This document shows positions 20,712 to 28,416 of a stretch of DNA of 64,000 nucleotides, one piece after another. Origin of the DNA: Candidatus Latescibacterota bacterium (GTDB lineage Bacteria > Latescibacterota > UBA2968 > SICM01); contig SICM01000003.1 of NCBI GenBank assembly GCA_009694805.1, positions 10,887 through 74,886 of the forward strand, written 5' to 3'. The translations under genes and the position numbers were made by a program. Within the stretch, counting starts at the first letter, position 1, and every line of letters begins with the position of its first letter. Under the pieces are notes generated by a model. That model was not told the DNA's origin and made no database searches. It worked only from the letters and a program-made list of their open reading frames with translations.

Positions 20712-21445
20712 TCTACTGCTGCGAATCTTACCTGCCCAACTCCGGAAATCCATACCTGTGCGGGGACTCGTTCGAGCCGGCGGACCTGGTCCGGATGCTG
20801 GACGAGGCGGGCATCGATGCGGCGATGACGATCCCCGCGCCCGAGGCCCCGCTGCCGGGCTGGCCGCAGACGAACAACGAGACGCTGAAAGAGGCGATGG
20901 ACCTGTATCCCTCCCGGATCCTGGGCTGCTGTCACGTGGACCTCCACCGGGGCCGGGAGGCCGTGGAAGAGTTCCGGAGGACGGTGAAGGACTGGGGGTT
21001 TAAGGGACTGAAGCTTTCAGTGACCCCCTTCGACACGGCGGACGCGCTGGCGCGGGCAGCGGCGGACCTGGGGGTGCCGGTGACGATCCATACCAACGGT
21101 TCGACGGACCTGTACCCGAAGATTGCCGAACTGGCGAAGAAGTACCCCGCGCTCCAGGTCGTGATGGAGCACATGGGATATCGCTACCACGTGGACCGGG
21201 CCGTCGAGATCGTCAGGCAGCATCCGAACCTCTATATGGGCACGACCGTGGTGGCCGCCACGGAGCCCGTGGTCGTCCGGAAGGTCATCCAGGCCGTGGG
21301 CGTGGAACGGGTGCTGTTCGGGGCGAATACGCCCTGGGCGATCCCCTATTACGGCGTGGCGGGCATCCGGAGGCTGGGCCTGGGCAAGGCGGATGAAGCG
21401 TTGATTCTGAGCGGGAATTTCAGAAGGATATACCGGATGGGGTGA
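20708..21445 (+). CDS. Amidohydrolase_2 family protein
   Basis: MLDEAGID, GFKGLKL, VPVTIHT, MEHMG, RVLFGANTP, ILSGNFRRIY; ATGA overlap with previous gene. Confidence 0.8.
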   Translation: MIYCCESYLPNSGNPYLCGDSFEPADLVRMLDEAGIDAAMTIPAPEAPLPGWPQTNNETLKEAMDLYPSRILGCCHVDLHRGREAVEEFRRTVKDWGFKGLKLSVTPFDTADALARAAADLGVPVTIHTNGSTDLYPKIAELAKKYPALQVVMEHMGYRYHVDRAVEIVRQHPNLYMGTTVVAATEPVVVRKVIQAVGVERVLFGANTPWAIPYYGVAGIRRLGLGKADEALILSGNFRRIYRMG

Positions 21446-21455
21446 GGTCTGTTCG

Positions 21456-22817
21456 TCATGCTTTCCAGACTTCTTCGACCAGGGACCGCGCGGCATCCAG
21501 GAGGAGGTCGAAGGCCTGAGGACCGACGTTGGACCAGGTGCCGAGGCTGACCTCGTAGCCGCCCTGGGCCCAGGCTGACACCGGGGCCAGGTAGCCGATG
21601 TAGTCGTTGGCATAGCCGAGGCAGAGGGCCATGGGCGCGCAGGTCTCCCGTTTGAGGACCACGCCCATCTGCGCGAACGGCTCACCGGGGATGCCGACGA
21701 GGGCCGCATCGCCCACGCGCAGGACCTGGACCTCGGCGGGGGCCGGGGCGTCTCCCCGGCGCACCCGCACCAGACGCTCCGTCAGGCCCAGCAGGGCGCG
21801 CTCCGCTCTCTTTCGCTCTTCATCGGTTCCGGCCTGGCGAACGACCTCTTCGCCCTGCCGGTGAGCTTCCAGGACTTCGGACAGGGGAGGGAGTTCCCGC
21901 GAGGGGAGGGAGAGGGTCCGGGAGGCCGCTCTGACGTGGGGCGAGGCCACCGGGTAGTCCGGGGCGGACACGGCGGCGATCTGCTTGAGGACCTCCCCGG
22001 CCAGCAGGAGCCCGTAGCGCCGCACGTCGGCGAAGTCCGTGGTCCCGCGAACGGGGTTGATGTCCCCGGCAGCGCCCTGAAGAAAGAGGCAGTGGTCGCA
22101 TCCGATGCCGGAACCTTCGATGAAGGTGGTCATCGCGCCGGGGAAGTCGGCGGAGATGAGGGGCTGCACCTGCACGGTGACCGGATGGCAGGCGAAGTGG
22201 ACCAGGGCGATGTTCGACGCACCCTCCCGCTCGAACAGGAGGAGGGTGGCCTCCGGGTCGTGCGTCCCCCAGTCGGCGATCTGATCGTCCGGCGGGCGAC
22301 GGGTCCAGGGGTAGAGCCTGCCGTCCCTGCCGAGGATGCGGCGGGACCGGGCGAGGCCTTCGGCGCGCCCGATGGCCTGTTTGAGGCGGGCCGGGGCGCG
22401 GTCCCGGTCGGCCAGGGCCACGGCGGAGGCGAGCTGGTCCCGGAGGGTATCGATCCAGGCCGCGGCCCCGGGATGGTCGAGCATCCGGCGGAGGCCGGTT
22501 GTCTCCGGCGTGGAGTGTGCGTGCGTGGCGCTGAGCAGGACGTGATCGGGCGGGATGCCGCAGGCCGCGCGGACGCGTTCCCGGACCTCTGCGGTGAAGT
22601 CCCGCCCCTCTCCGGCCAGGGATTTTGAGAGTCCGATGATGTCGGCGGAGAGGAGGGCCACGCGGCGCTCTCCGTCGCCGACGACCACGGCCCTCGCGTG
22701 GAGGGGGTCGTGTACGCCTTCGAAGAAGGCGTGGCGGGGCACGAAGCCCAGATAAGGGATGGTCAGGGGCGGGGTGATGTCGATGCGGGACGCGCCGGCG
22801 GTGAATCCTTCGTTCAT
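21456..22817 (-). CDS. Neutral/alkaline ceramidase N-terminal-like hydrolase
   Basis: DITPP, GVHDPLHARA, SATHAHSTP, FACHP, ISADFPG, FLQGAAGDINP, GIPGEPF, GYANDYIGY, GGYE. Confidence 0.8.
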   Translation of the reverse strand: MNEGFTAGASRIDITPPLTIPYLGFVPRHAFFEGVHDPLHARAVVVGDGERRVALLSADIIGLSKSLAGEGRDFTAEVRERVRAACGIPPDHVLLSATHAHSTPETTGLRRMLDHPGAAAWIDTLRDQLASAVALADRDRAPARLKQAIGRAEGLARSRRILGRDGRLYPWTRRPPDDQIADWGTHDPEATLLLFEREGASNIALVHFACHPVTVQVQPLISADFPGAMTTFIEGSGIGCDHCLFLQGAAGDINPVRGTTDFADVRRYGLLLAGEVLKQIAAVSAPDYPVASPHVRAASRTLSLPSRELPPLSEVLEAHRQGEEVVRQAGTDEERKRAERALLGLTERLVRVRRGDAPAPAEVQVLRVGDAALVGIPGEPFAQMGVVLKRETCAPMALCLGYANDYIGYLAPVSAWAQGGYEVSLGTWSNVGPQAFDLLLDAARSLVEEVWKA

Positions 22818-22921
22818 GCTCAACCTCTGTGTTTGGCGGCGAGGCTATCCGCGACCTTGCGGATGGAGGGGTGGAAGGGGGACTGTAAATATATGTCCCG
22901 TGCGCTATCCGTGCAAGCGCA

Positions 22922-22950
22922 TTGACAGAACTGGAACGAGGTATTATCAT
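22922..22950 (+). promoter_or_regulatory. Sigma70-type promoter of purM
   Basis: TTGACA-N17-TATCAT about 47 nt upstream of the GTG start. Confidence 0.75.
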
Positions 22951-22997
22951 GAGGGCGGCCGGTCGGGCGTCCGTACCCTCATCGTGAGGCATATTCC

Positions 22998-24032
22998 GTG
23001 ACTCAGAAGAGCGCATACGCAGCGGCGGGCGTGGATATCGAGGCCGCCGACGCCACCAAACGCCGCATGAAGGCCCTCGTGCGGTCCACGTTCGGGCCGG
23101 AGGTGCTGGCGGACATCGGGGGGTTCGGGGGGCTGTTCGCCCCGGACTGGGGGGCCTACCAGGCGCCGGTGCTGGTCGCCAGCGCGGATGGGGTGGGCAC
23201 GAAGCTCAAGGTCGCGTTCATGACGGGCATCCATCACACGGTGGGCGCGGACCTGGTGTGTCACTGCGCGAACGATATCCTGGTGCAGGGGGCGAGGCCG
23301 CTGTTCTTCCTGGACTACATTGGCATGGGGAACCACGACCCGGATGTGGCCCTGGCCGTGGTGTCCGGCGTGGCCGAGGGGTGCCGGCGCGTGGGGTGTG
23401 CGCTGATCGGGGGCGAGACGGCCACCATGCCGGACTTCTACGGCCCCGGCGAGTACGACCTGGCCGGGACCATTGTGGGGGTCGTGGAGCGCGCGCGGAT
23501 CGTGGACGGGTCCGCGATCCGGCCCGGGGACGCGCTGATCGGGCTGGGCTCGGATGGCCTGCACACGAACGGGTACTCCCTGGCCCGGCGGCTGCTGTTT
23601 GAGGCGGCGGGCATGACGCCGGAGACGCGGGTGGAGGCCTGGGGCGCGAAGGTGGGCGAGGAGCTGCTGAAGCCGCACCGACCCTACGTCGAGCCGGTGT
23701 TCCGGCTCCTCGGTCAGGTCCCGGTACACGGCATGGCGCACATCACCGGGGGCGGGCTGGTGGACAACCTCCCGCGCATCCTCCCCTCCGGCAGTGCGGC
23801 CCGCATCGAGAAGGGGACCTGGCCCGTGCTCCCAGTGTTCACGACCCTGAAGGCCGCAGGAGACGTGAGCGAGTCGGAGATGTACCGGGTGTTCAACATG
23901 GGGATCGGGTTCGTGGTGGCCGTGCCGCCGGACCGGGCAGAGGAGACGCTGGCGCTTCTGAAGGCGCAGGGGGAGCGGGCCTACCGGATCGGAGCGGTGG
24001 TGGACGGGGATCAGGGCGTGGAGATCGTGTGA
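22998..24032 (+). CDS. purM: Phosphoribosylformylglycinamidine cyclo-ligase (AIR synthase)
   Basis: YAAAGVDI, GGFGGLF, DGVGTKL, PLFFLDY, GGETATMP, GLHTNGYSLAR, AHITGGGL, FNMGIG. Confidence 0.95.
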   Translation: MTQKSAYAAAGVDIEAADATKRRMKALVRSTFGPEVLADIGGFGGLFAPDWGAYQAPVLVASADGVGTKLKVAFMTGIHHTVGADLVCHCANDILVQGARPLFFLDYIGMGNHDPDVALAVVSGVAEGCRRVGCALIGGETATMPDFYGPGEYDLAGTIVGVVERARIVDGSAIRPGDALIGLGSDGLHTNGYSLARRLLFEAAGMTPETRVEAWGAKVGEELLKPHRPYVEPVFRLLGQVPVHGMAHITGGGLVDNLPRILPSGSAARIEKGTWPVLPVFTTLKAAGDVSESEMYRVFNMGIGFVVAVPPDRAEETLALLKAQGERAYRIGAVVDGDQGVEIV

Positions 24033-24039
24033 GGGGGGA

Positions 24040-24117
24040 TGCGCGGGGATTCATCCCCGCGCAAGGGGGGTGTGGAGGGGGATATGTTTTTTCGTAGCCC
24101 GGCGATTCATCGCCGGG
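24040..24117. repeat. Two REP-like hairpins with GATTCATC core, the second preceded by GTAG
   Basis: TGCGCGGGGATTCATCCCCGCGCA (24040-24063) and GTAG-CCCGGCGATTCATCGCCGGG (24094-24117). Confidence 0.7.
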
Positions 24118-24163
24118 TGGAGATTTCGTAGAACGATGAATGACGAACGATGAATGGGGAGTT

Positions 24164-25180
24164 ATGCCCGACGTTCTCAAGCTGGCGCTCGTGGGCTGCG
24201 GCGCGATTGCGCGGTTTCATCTGGACGGCATTCAGGCGTGCGGGGGGAAGATCCGGGTCACCGCGGCCGTGGACCCGGACCGCGGGAAGGCCGAACGAGT
24301 CGCCTCGGAGACCGGCGCGCAGGTCTTCTCGTCTCTGGCGGAGGCCGTGGCCGGGGGCGATTTCGACGCCGTGGATCTGATGGTCCCGCACGACCTGCAC
24401 GAGGCGGTCGCTGTGAAGGCCTTCCAGGCCGGAAAACACGTGCTGCTCGAAAAGCCGATGGCCCCCACGCTGGAGGCCTGCGACCGCATCCTGGCCTCGG
24501 CGAAGGCCGCGGGCACGGTCTTCATGGTCGCCGAGAACGCCCAGTACTGGCCGGAGGTCGTGAAGGCGAAGGAGCTGATCGACGCCGGGGCCATCGGGGA
24601 GATCCTCACGGCCCGCGCCACGTATGCCGCCGAGTTCGACGCCTACTGGTTCAAGGAGAAGAATGCCTGGCGATATGAGAAGGGGCGCACGGGCGGAGGG
24701 ATCACCATCGACGGGGGCTCCCACTGGATCCGTCCCCTGCGGATGTGGATGGGGGAGATTGAGGAGGTGGTGGGGGTCCTGGACCATCCGCTCAAGCAGA
24801 TGGAGGGGGAGTCCCTGGTCCGCGCCCTCTTCCGGTTCCGATCGGGAAAGATCGCCACGTTCGACGCGATGATGGTCACCACGGTCCTGGGGCCGGATGC
24901 GTCGTGGCGCGTGGTCGGGACGAAGGGAGAGATCGTGATCGAGGGGGGGTTCGGGGGCGGGATCAAGCTGTTTGACGTCGCGAACCGGGGAGGAAAGCTG
25001 ATGGCCGAGCCGCAGGGCTATGGGAAGTCCTTCGGGCCGGAGCTGGACGACTTTGCGGAGGCCGTGTTACGCGGAAAACCCCTGGAGGCCGGGCCGGACT
25101 ACGCGCTGGGCGAGTTGCGCACGGCCCTGGCCATCTACCGGTCTGCCGAGAGCAGGCAATGGGAGAAGGTGTGGGGGTGA
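24164..25180 (+). CDS. Gfo/Idh/MocA family oxidoreductase
   Basis: LVGCGAIA, GKHVLLEKPMA, GGGITIDGGSH. Confidence 0.9.
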   Translation: MPDVLKLALVGCGAIARFHLDGIQACGGKIRVTAAVDPDRGKAERVASETGAQVFSSLAEAVAGGDFDAVDLMVPHDLHEAVAVKAFQAGKHVLLEKPMAPTLEACDRILASAKAAGTVFMVAENAQYWPEVVKAKELIDAGAIGEILTARATYAAEFDAYWFKEKNAWRYEKGRTGGGITIDGGSHWIRPLRMWMGEIEEVVGVLDHPLKQMEGESLVRALFRFRSGKIATFDAMMVTTVLGPDASWRVVGTKGEIVIEGGFGGGIKLFDVANRGGKLMAEPQGYGKSFGPELDDFAEAVLRGKPLEAGPDYALGELRTALAIYRSAESRQWEKVWG

Positions 25181-25354
25181 GGCACGCTCGTTTTTAGTTG
25201 TTCGCAAAGGCTTTATCCTCTATATTCATTGAGATAGGCTGCGAAGGACGGGTCGGTTCGGGGATCGGGACAGGCGCTCAGGGGATTTGGGTTTGCGAAC
25301 GAGGAATATAGCGATTCATGGTCGTATTGACGATGTGAGGAGACATAACGTATT

Positions 25355-25615
25355 ATGTGGAGCTGGTTTCGGAGCCTTTTCAAGCGAGAGTCCCCCACTC
25401 CGGCCTCTCCTCCCGCGCGGGGCACGGTCAAGCGCATCGTCCGGGACAGGGGATTCGGGTTCATTCGGAGCACCGACGGAAAAGAGGTTTTTTTTCATAG
25501 ATCGGCTCTGGTGGGGATGGACATGGGCGCTCTGTCGGAGGGGCAGAAGGTGGAGTTCGTACTGGAGAATAGTCCCAAAGGCCCCAGGGCGTCCAGGGTG
25601 CGGGTGGTGAGGTAA
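25355..25615 (+). CDS. Cold-shock domain protein with 21-aa N-terminal extension
   Basis: GTVK, RGFGFI (RNP1), VFFHRS (RNP2), LSEGQKVEF, PKGPRA. Confidence 0.85.
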   Translation: MWSWFRSLFKRESPTPASPPARGTVKRIVRDRGFGFIRSTDGKEVFFHRSALVGMDMGALSEGQKVEFVLENSPKGPRASRVRVVR

Positions 25616-25619
25616 AAGC

Positions 25620-25712
25620 GGGGATCGGGGAGCGAGGGGTGGGGATTGAGAAAAAGACAAAGGCAAAACGTTCTGATTTTTCTCACCCCTCGCCCCTCAC
25701 CCCTGACCCCTG
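25620..25712. repeat. 7-nt periodic inverted arms (GGGGATC-type / CCCCTCA-type) between convergent genes
   Basis: ggggatcggggagcgaggggtggggattgagaaaa ... ttttctcacccctcgcccctcacccctgacccctg. Confidence 0.75.
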
Positions 25713-26798
25713 TTTCAGGATCTCCACAATCCGTTCTGCCGCGTGTCCATCCCAGAGATCAGGAATTCGCCCCTGCTTGTGGGACCCCTCCAGGATTCGC
25801 AACGCCTCCCGGACAATCATCTGAGGGTTTGTGCCGACCAGGGTGCTCGTCCCCACGGACACCGTCTCAGGGCGTTCGGTGTTCTCTCTGACGGTGAGGC
25901 AGGGGATGCCGAGGACCGTGGTCTCCTCCTGCAGGCCGGCCGAATCCGTGATGACGAGCCGGGCTTCTTTTTGAAGTTTGATGGAGTCGAAGTAGCCCAC
26001 CGGATCGGTCAGGATCAGTTTTGGCATGGCGGCGATCTGATTCTGGAGGCCGAAGATCTCCAGGGCCTTTCGGGTGCGTGGGTGGATGGGGAAGACGAGG
26101 GCGATGCGCTCCTGAATCTTCTGAAGGGCCGACAGGATGCCTCGAAGCGTCTCCGGATAGTCCACGTTGGAGACCCGGTGCAGGGTCACCAGGGCATATT
26201 CCCCGGGCTGGACGCCGAGGGTTGAGAGGATGGGCGATCGGTCCGCGGCGGTCAGGGCATGAAAGAGGGAGTCGATCATGACGTTGCCCACGCGGTGAAC
26301 TTTGTCGGGGGGGTAGCCTTCGCGCATCAGGTTGGCGTCGGCCTCCGCGGAGGTGGTGAACAGGAGATCGGAGACGGCGTCAGTGACGATCCGATTGATC
26401 TCTTCGGGCATGGTCCGGTCGGAGCTGCGCAGGCCCGCTTCCACGTGGGCGACGGGGACGTGGAGTTTGGCGGCGCAGAGCGCGCAGGCGAGGGTGGAGG
26501 TGACGTCGCCGACGACCAGGACGAGGTCAGGACGCTGTTCGATCAGGAGTTCCTCAAAGGCGATCATGACCTTTGCGGTCTGGACGGCCTGCGAGCCGGA
26601 GCCGATGCCCAGATGCCGGTCCGGCTCCGGGAGGCCGAGGTCACGGAAGAAGACCTCGGACATCTGCCAGTCGTAGTGCTGGTCGGTGTGGACGAGGCAG
26701 GGCGAGAAGGCGTCGGGGTGTCTCTGGAGCGCCCGGAGGATGGGGGCGATCTTCATGAAGTTGGGACGTGTGCCGACGACGAGGGTGATGGAACGCAT
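25683..26798 (-). CDS. wecB: UDP-N-acetylglucosamine 2-epimerase (non-hydrolysing)
   Basis: VGTRPNFMK, HTDQHYD, VGDVTST, HVEAGLRS, MPEEINR, TDSAGLQEE, NTERPE. Confidence 0.93.
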   Translation of the reverse strand: MRSITLVVGTRPNFMKIAPILRALQRHPDAFSPCLVHTDQHYDWQMSEVFFRDLGLPEPDRHLGIGSGSQAVQTAKVMIAFEELLIEQRPDLVLVVGDVTSTLACALCAAKLHVPVAHVEAGLRSSDRTMPEEINRIVTDAVSDLLFTTSAEADANLMREGYPPDKVHRVGNVMIDSLFHALTAADRSPILSTLGVQPGEYALVTLHRVSNVDYPETLRGILSALQKIQERIALVFPIHPRTRKALEIFGLQNQIAAMPKLILTDPVGYFDSIKLQKEARLVITDSAGLQEETTVLGIPCLTVRENTERPETVSVGTSTLVGTNPQMIVREALRILEGSHKQGRIPDLWDGHAAERIVEILKQGSGVRGEG

Positions 26799-26853
26799 GG
26801 GGCGACCTCTTTGGGAGGGGATCGTTCCCCCGGCTCCGGGAGCCCCATTCCAG

Positions 26854-27029
26854 GTCCAACTTTTCTTGCTCACCCAAGAAAAGTTGGACAAAAGAAGGGT
26901 GCTCCTCAAGCGCCGGAGGGGCTTGGCGCGCCGCAACCTTAACGTTCAGTTGTCGCACAGAAATTTGTGCCCCCGGCATGTGGGGTGCTTCTGCTGGACT
27001 CCGGTGGTGGGGGTTTCTGGCGGCGCGCC
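26854..27029. repeat. Dispersed structured element, copy 3
   Basis: GTCCAACTTTTCTTG-CTCACC-CAAGAAAAGTTGGAC-AAAAGAA-GGGTG ... GGCGCGCCGC ... GCGGCGCGCC. Confidence 0.85.
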
Positions 27030-27164
27030 TGCTTTTGATCTGTACATCGTACTGGTTATTGTACTCTCCCCTCCCCTCTTGTAGGGAGGGGTTTCATGGT
27101 GAGGTCACAAAAACATGCGCCAAATAGATGGCGATGTCAAGCCGATTACCCAAAGGAGGTTTTT

Positions 27165-27506
27165 GTGAAGATCGTTCGAATAATCGCGGGGGCGATGATG
27201 GCGGGGGCGCTGGGGCTGGGCCTCTGGGCGTGCCAGCAGGCCGGTGCGAAGGTGGCGGAGATCAAGGTGAACAACATGGTGTGCGGCACGTGCGCGGCGG
27301 CGATCGAGGCGGCGCTGAAGAATGTGGAGGGCGTTCAGGATGTGAAGGTGGACAAGGACGCGAAGGTGGCGACGGTGCGCTACGAGGCGGGCAAGGTGGA
27401 TGTGAAGGGTCTGGAGAAGGCGGTTTCGATGGCAGGCTACAACGCCAACGACACGGCGGCGGACCCGAAGGCGCACGCGGATCTGCCGGATTGCTGCAAG
27501 ATTTAG
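27165..27506 (+). CDS. Exported heavy-metal-associated (HMA; MerP/CopZ-like) lipoprotein
   Basis: AAGGAGG RBS + GTG, lipobox-like LWAC, MVCGTC metal motif, C-terminal LPDCCK. Confidence 0.85.
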   Translation: MKIVRIIAGAMMAGALGLGLWACQQAGAKVAEIKVNNMVCGTCAAAIEAALKNVEGVQDVKVDKDAKVATVRYEAGKVDVKGLEKAVSMAGYNANDTAADPKAHADLPDCCKI

Positions 27507-27663
27507 AGTCCGTCCCGGAGAACCCTGAGCGGCTGAAAAAAGGTTGCGTTTTGGATATCCATGAATTAGCTTCTCAAGCTGCGAGCCCTGCGTCGCGCAT
27601 CGCAGGGCCGTTGTGTCCGGGGTCTGTTTTTGGGGGTCGAGGGTTGTTTTCAAGGAGAGGTAT

Positions 27664-28416
27664 ATGGCTGAGGTGACAGAGGTGGCAGGTCGGATAGGTT
27701 TCGGCGAAACCCTTCGCCGGGATGCCTGGTGGGTGGCGCCCCTGGCGACGGCGCTGGGGCTGGGCGCCTTCGGCGTCTATTCGTTCTGGGCGGCGCTTCA
27801 GGGGAATCACTACGAGTCGAGTCCCTATCTCTCTCCGTTCTACTCGCCGCTCATCCTGGTGGACTGGTGGAAATTCTCGCCGGCGTTCCTGATCCTGTGG
27901 GCGCCTCTGGGGTTTCGGGCCACGTGTTACTACTATCGGAAGGCCTACTACCGGTCTTACTTCCTCGACCCGCCCGCGTGTGCGGTGGGGGAGTTTCGGG
28001 ACGGAAAATACAAGGGGGAGACGGCGTTCCCCTTTATCCTTCAAAACCTGCATCGCTACATGCTGATCCCAGCCCTCGCGCTGATCGCCTTCCTGTGGCA
28101 CGACGCGTACAACGCCTTTTTCTTCTCGGACGGATTGCACATGGGCGTGGGATCCCTCGTGCTGACCGCAAACGCCTTTCTGCTGTCGGGCTACACGCTC
28201 GGGTGTCATTCCCTGCGCCACCTCGTGGGCGGGCGTCTGGACTGTTTCTCGTGCGCCACGCTGGGCAACTTTCGGCACGGTATCTGGGAGAAGCAGAGCG
28301 TCCTGAATCGTTTTCACATGGGATGGGCGTGGACGAGTCTGTTCATGGTGGGATTCTCTGACGTTTACGTACGTCTGCTGTCGATGGGCGTGGTCACCGA
28401 TGTGAGGTTGATCTGA
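27664..28416 (+). CDS. Succinate dehydrogenase membrane anchor, mycobacterial Sdh1 type
   Basis: YLSPFYSP, FRATCYYYRKAYYRSYF, PPACAV, QNLHRY, YTLGCHSLRH; first gene of the sdh operon. Confidence 0.85.
   Translation: MAEVTEVAGRIGFGETLRRDAWWVAPLATALGLGAFGVYSFWAALQGNHYESSPYLSPFYSPLILVDWWKFSPAFLILWAPLGFRATCYYYRKAYYRSYFLDPPACAVGEFRDGKYKGETAFPFILQNLHRYMLIPALALIAFLWHDAYNAFFFSDGLHMGVGSLVLTANAFLLSGYTLGCHSLRHLVGGRLDCFSCATLGNFRHGIWEKQSVLNRFHMGWAWTSLFMVGFSDVYVRLLSMGVVTDVRLI

Noticed and set aside
22951-22997. ZTP or purine riboswitch upstream of purM
   Set aside because: The leader is only about 45 nt with one simple GAGGG/CCCTC hairpin
26799-26936. N-terminal extensions of wecB (likewise murC, ftsW, murE, GWxTD and DUF6798 ORFs in the track)
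   Set aside because: Extensions run through repeats or upstream genes; family similarity and RBS-like motifs support the downstream starts
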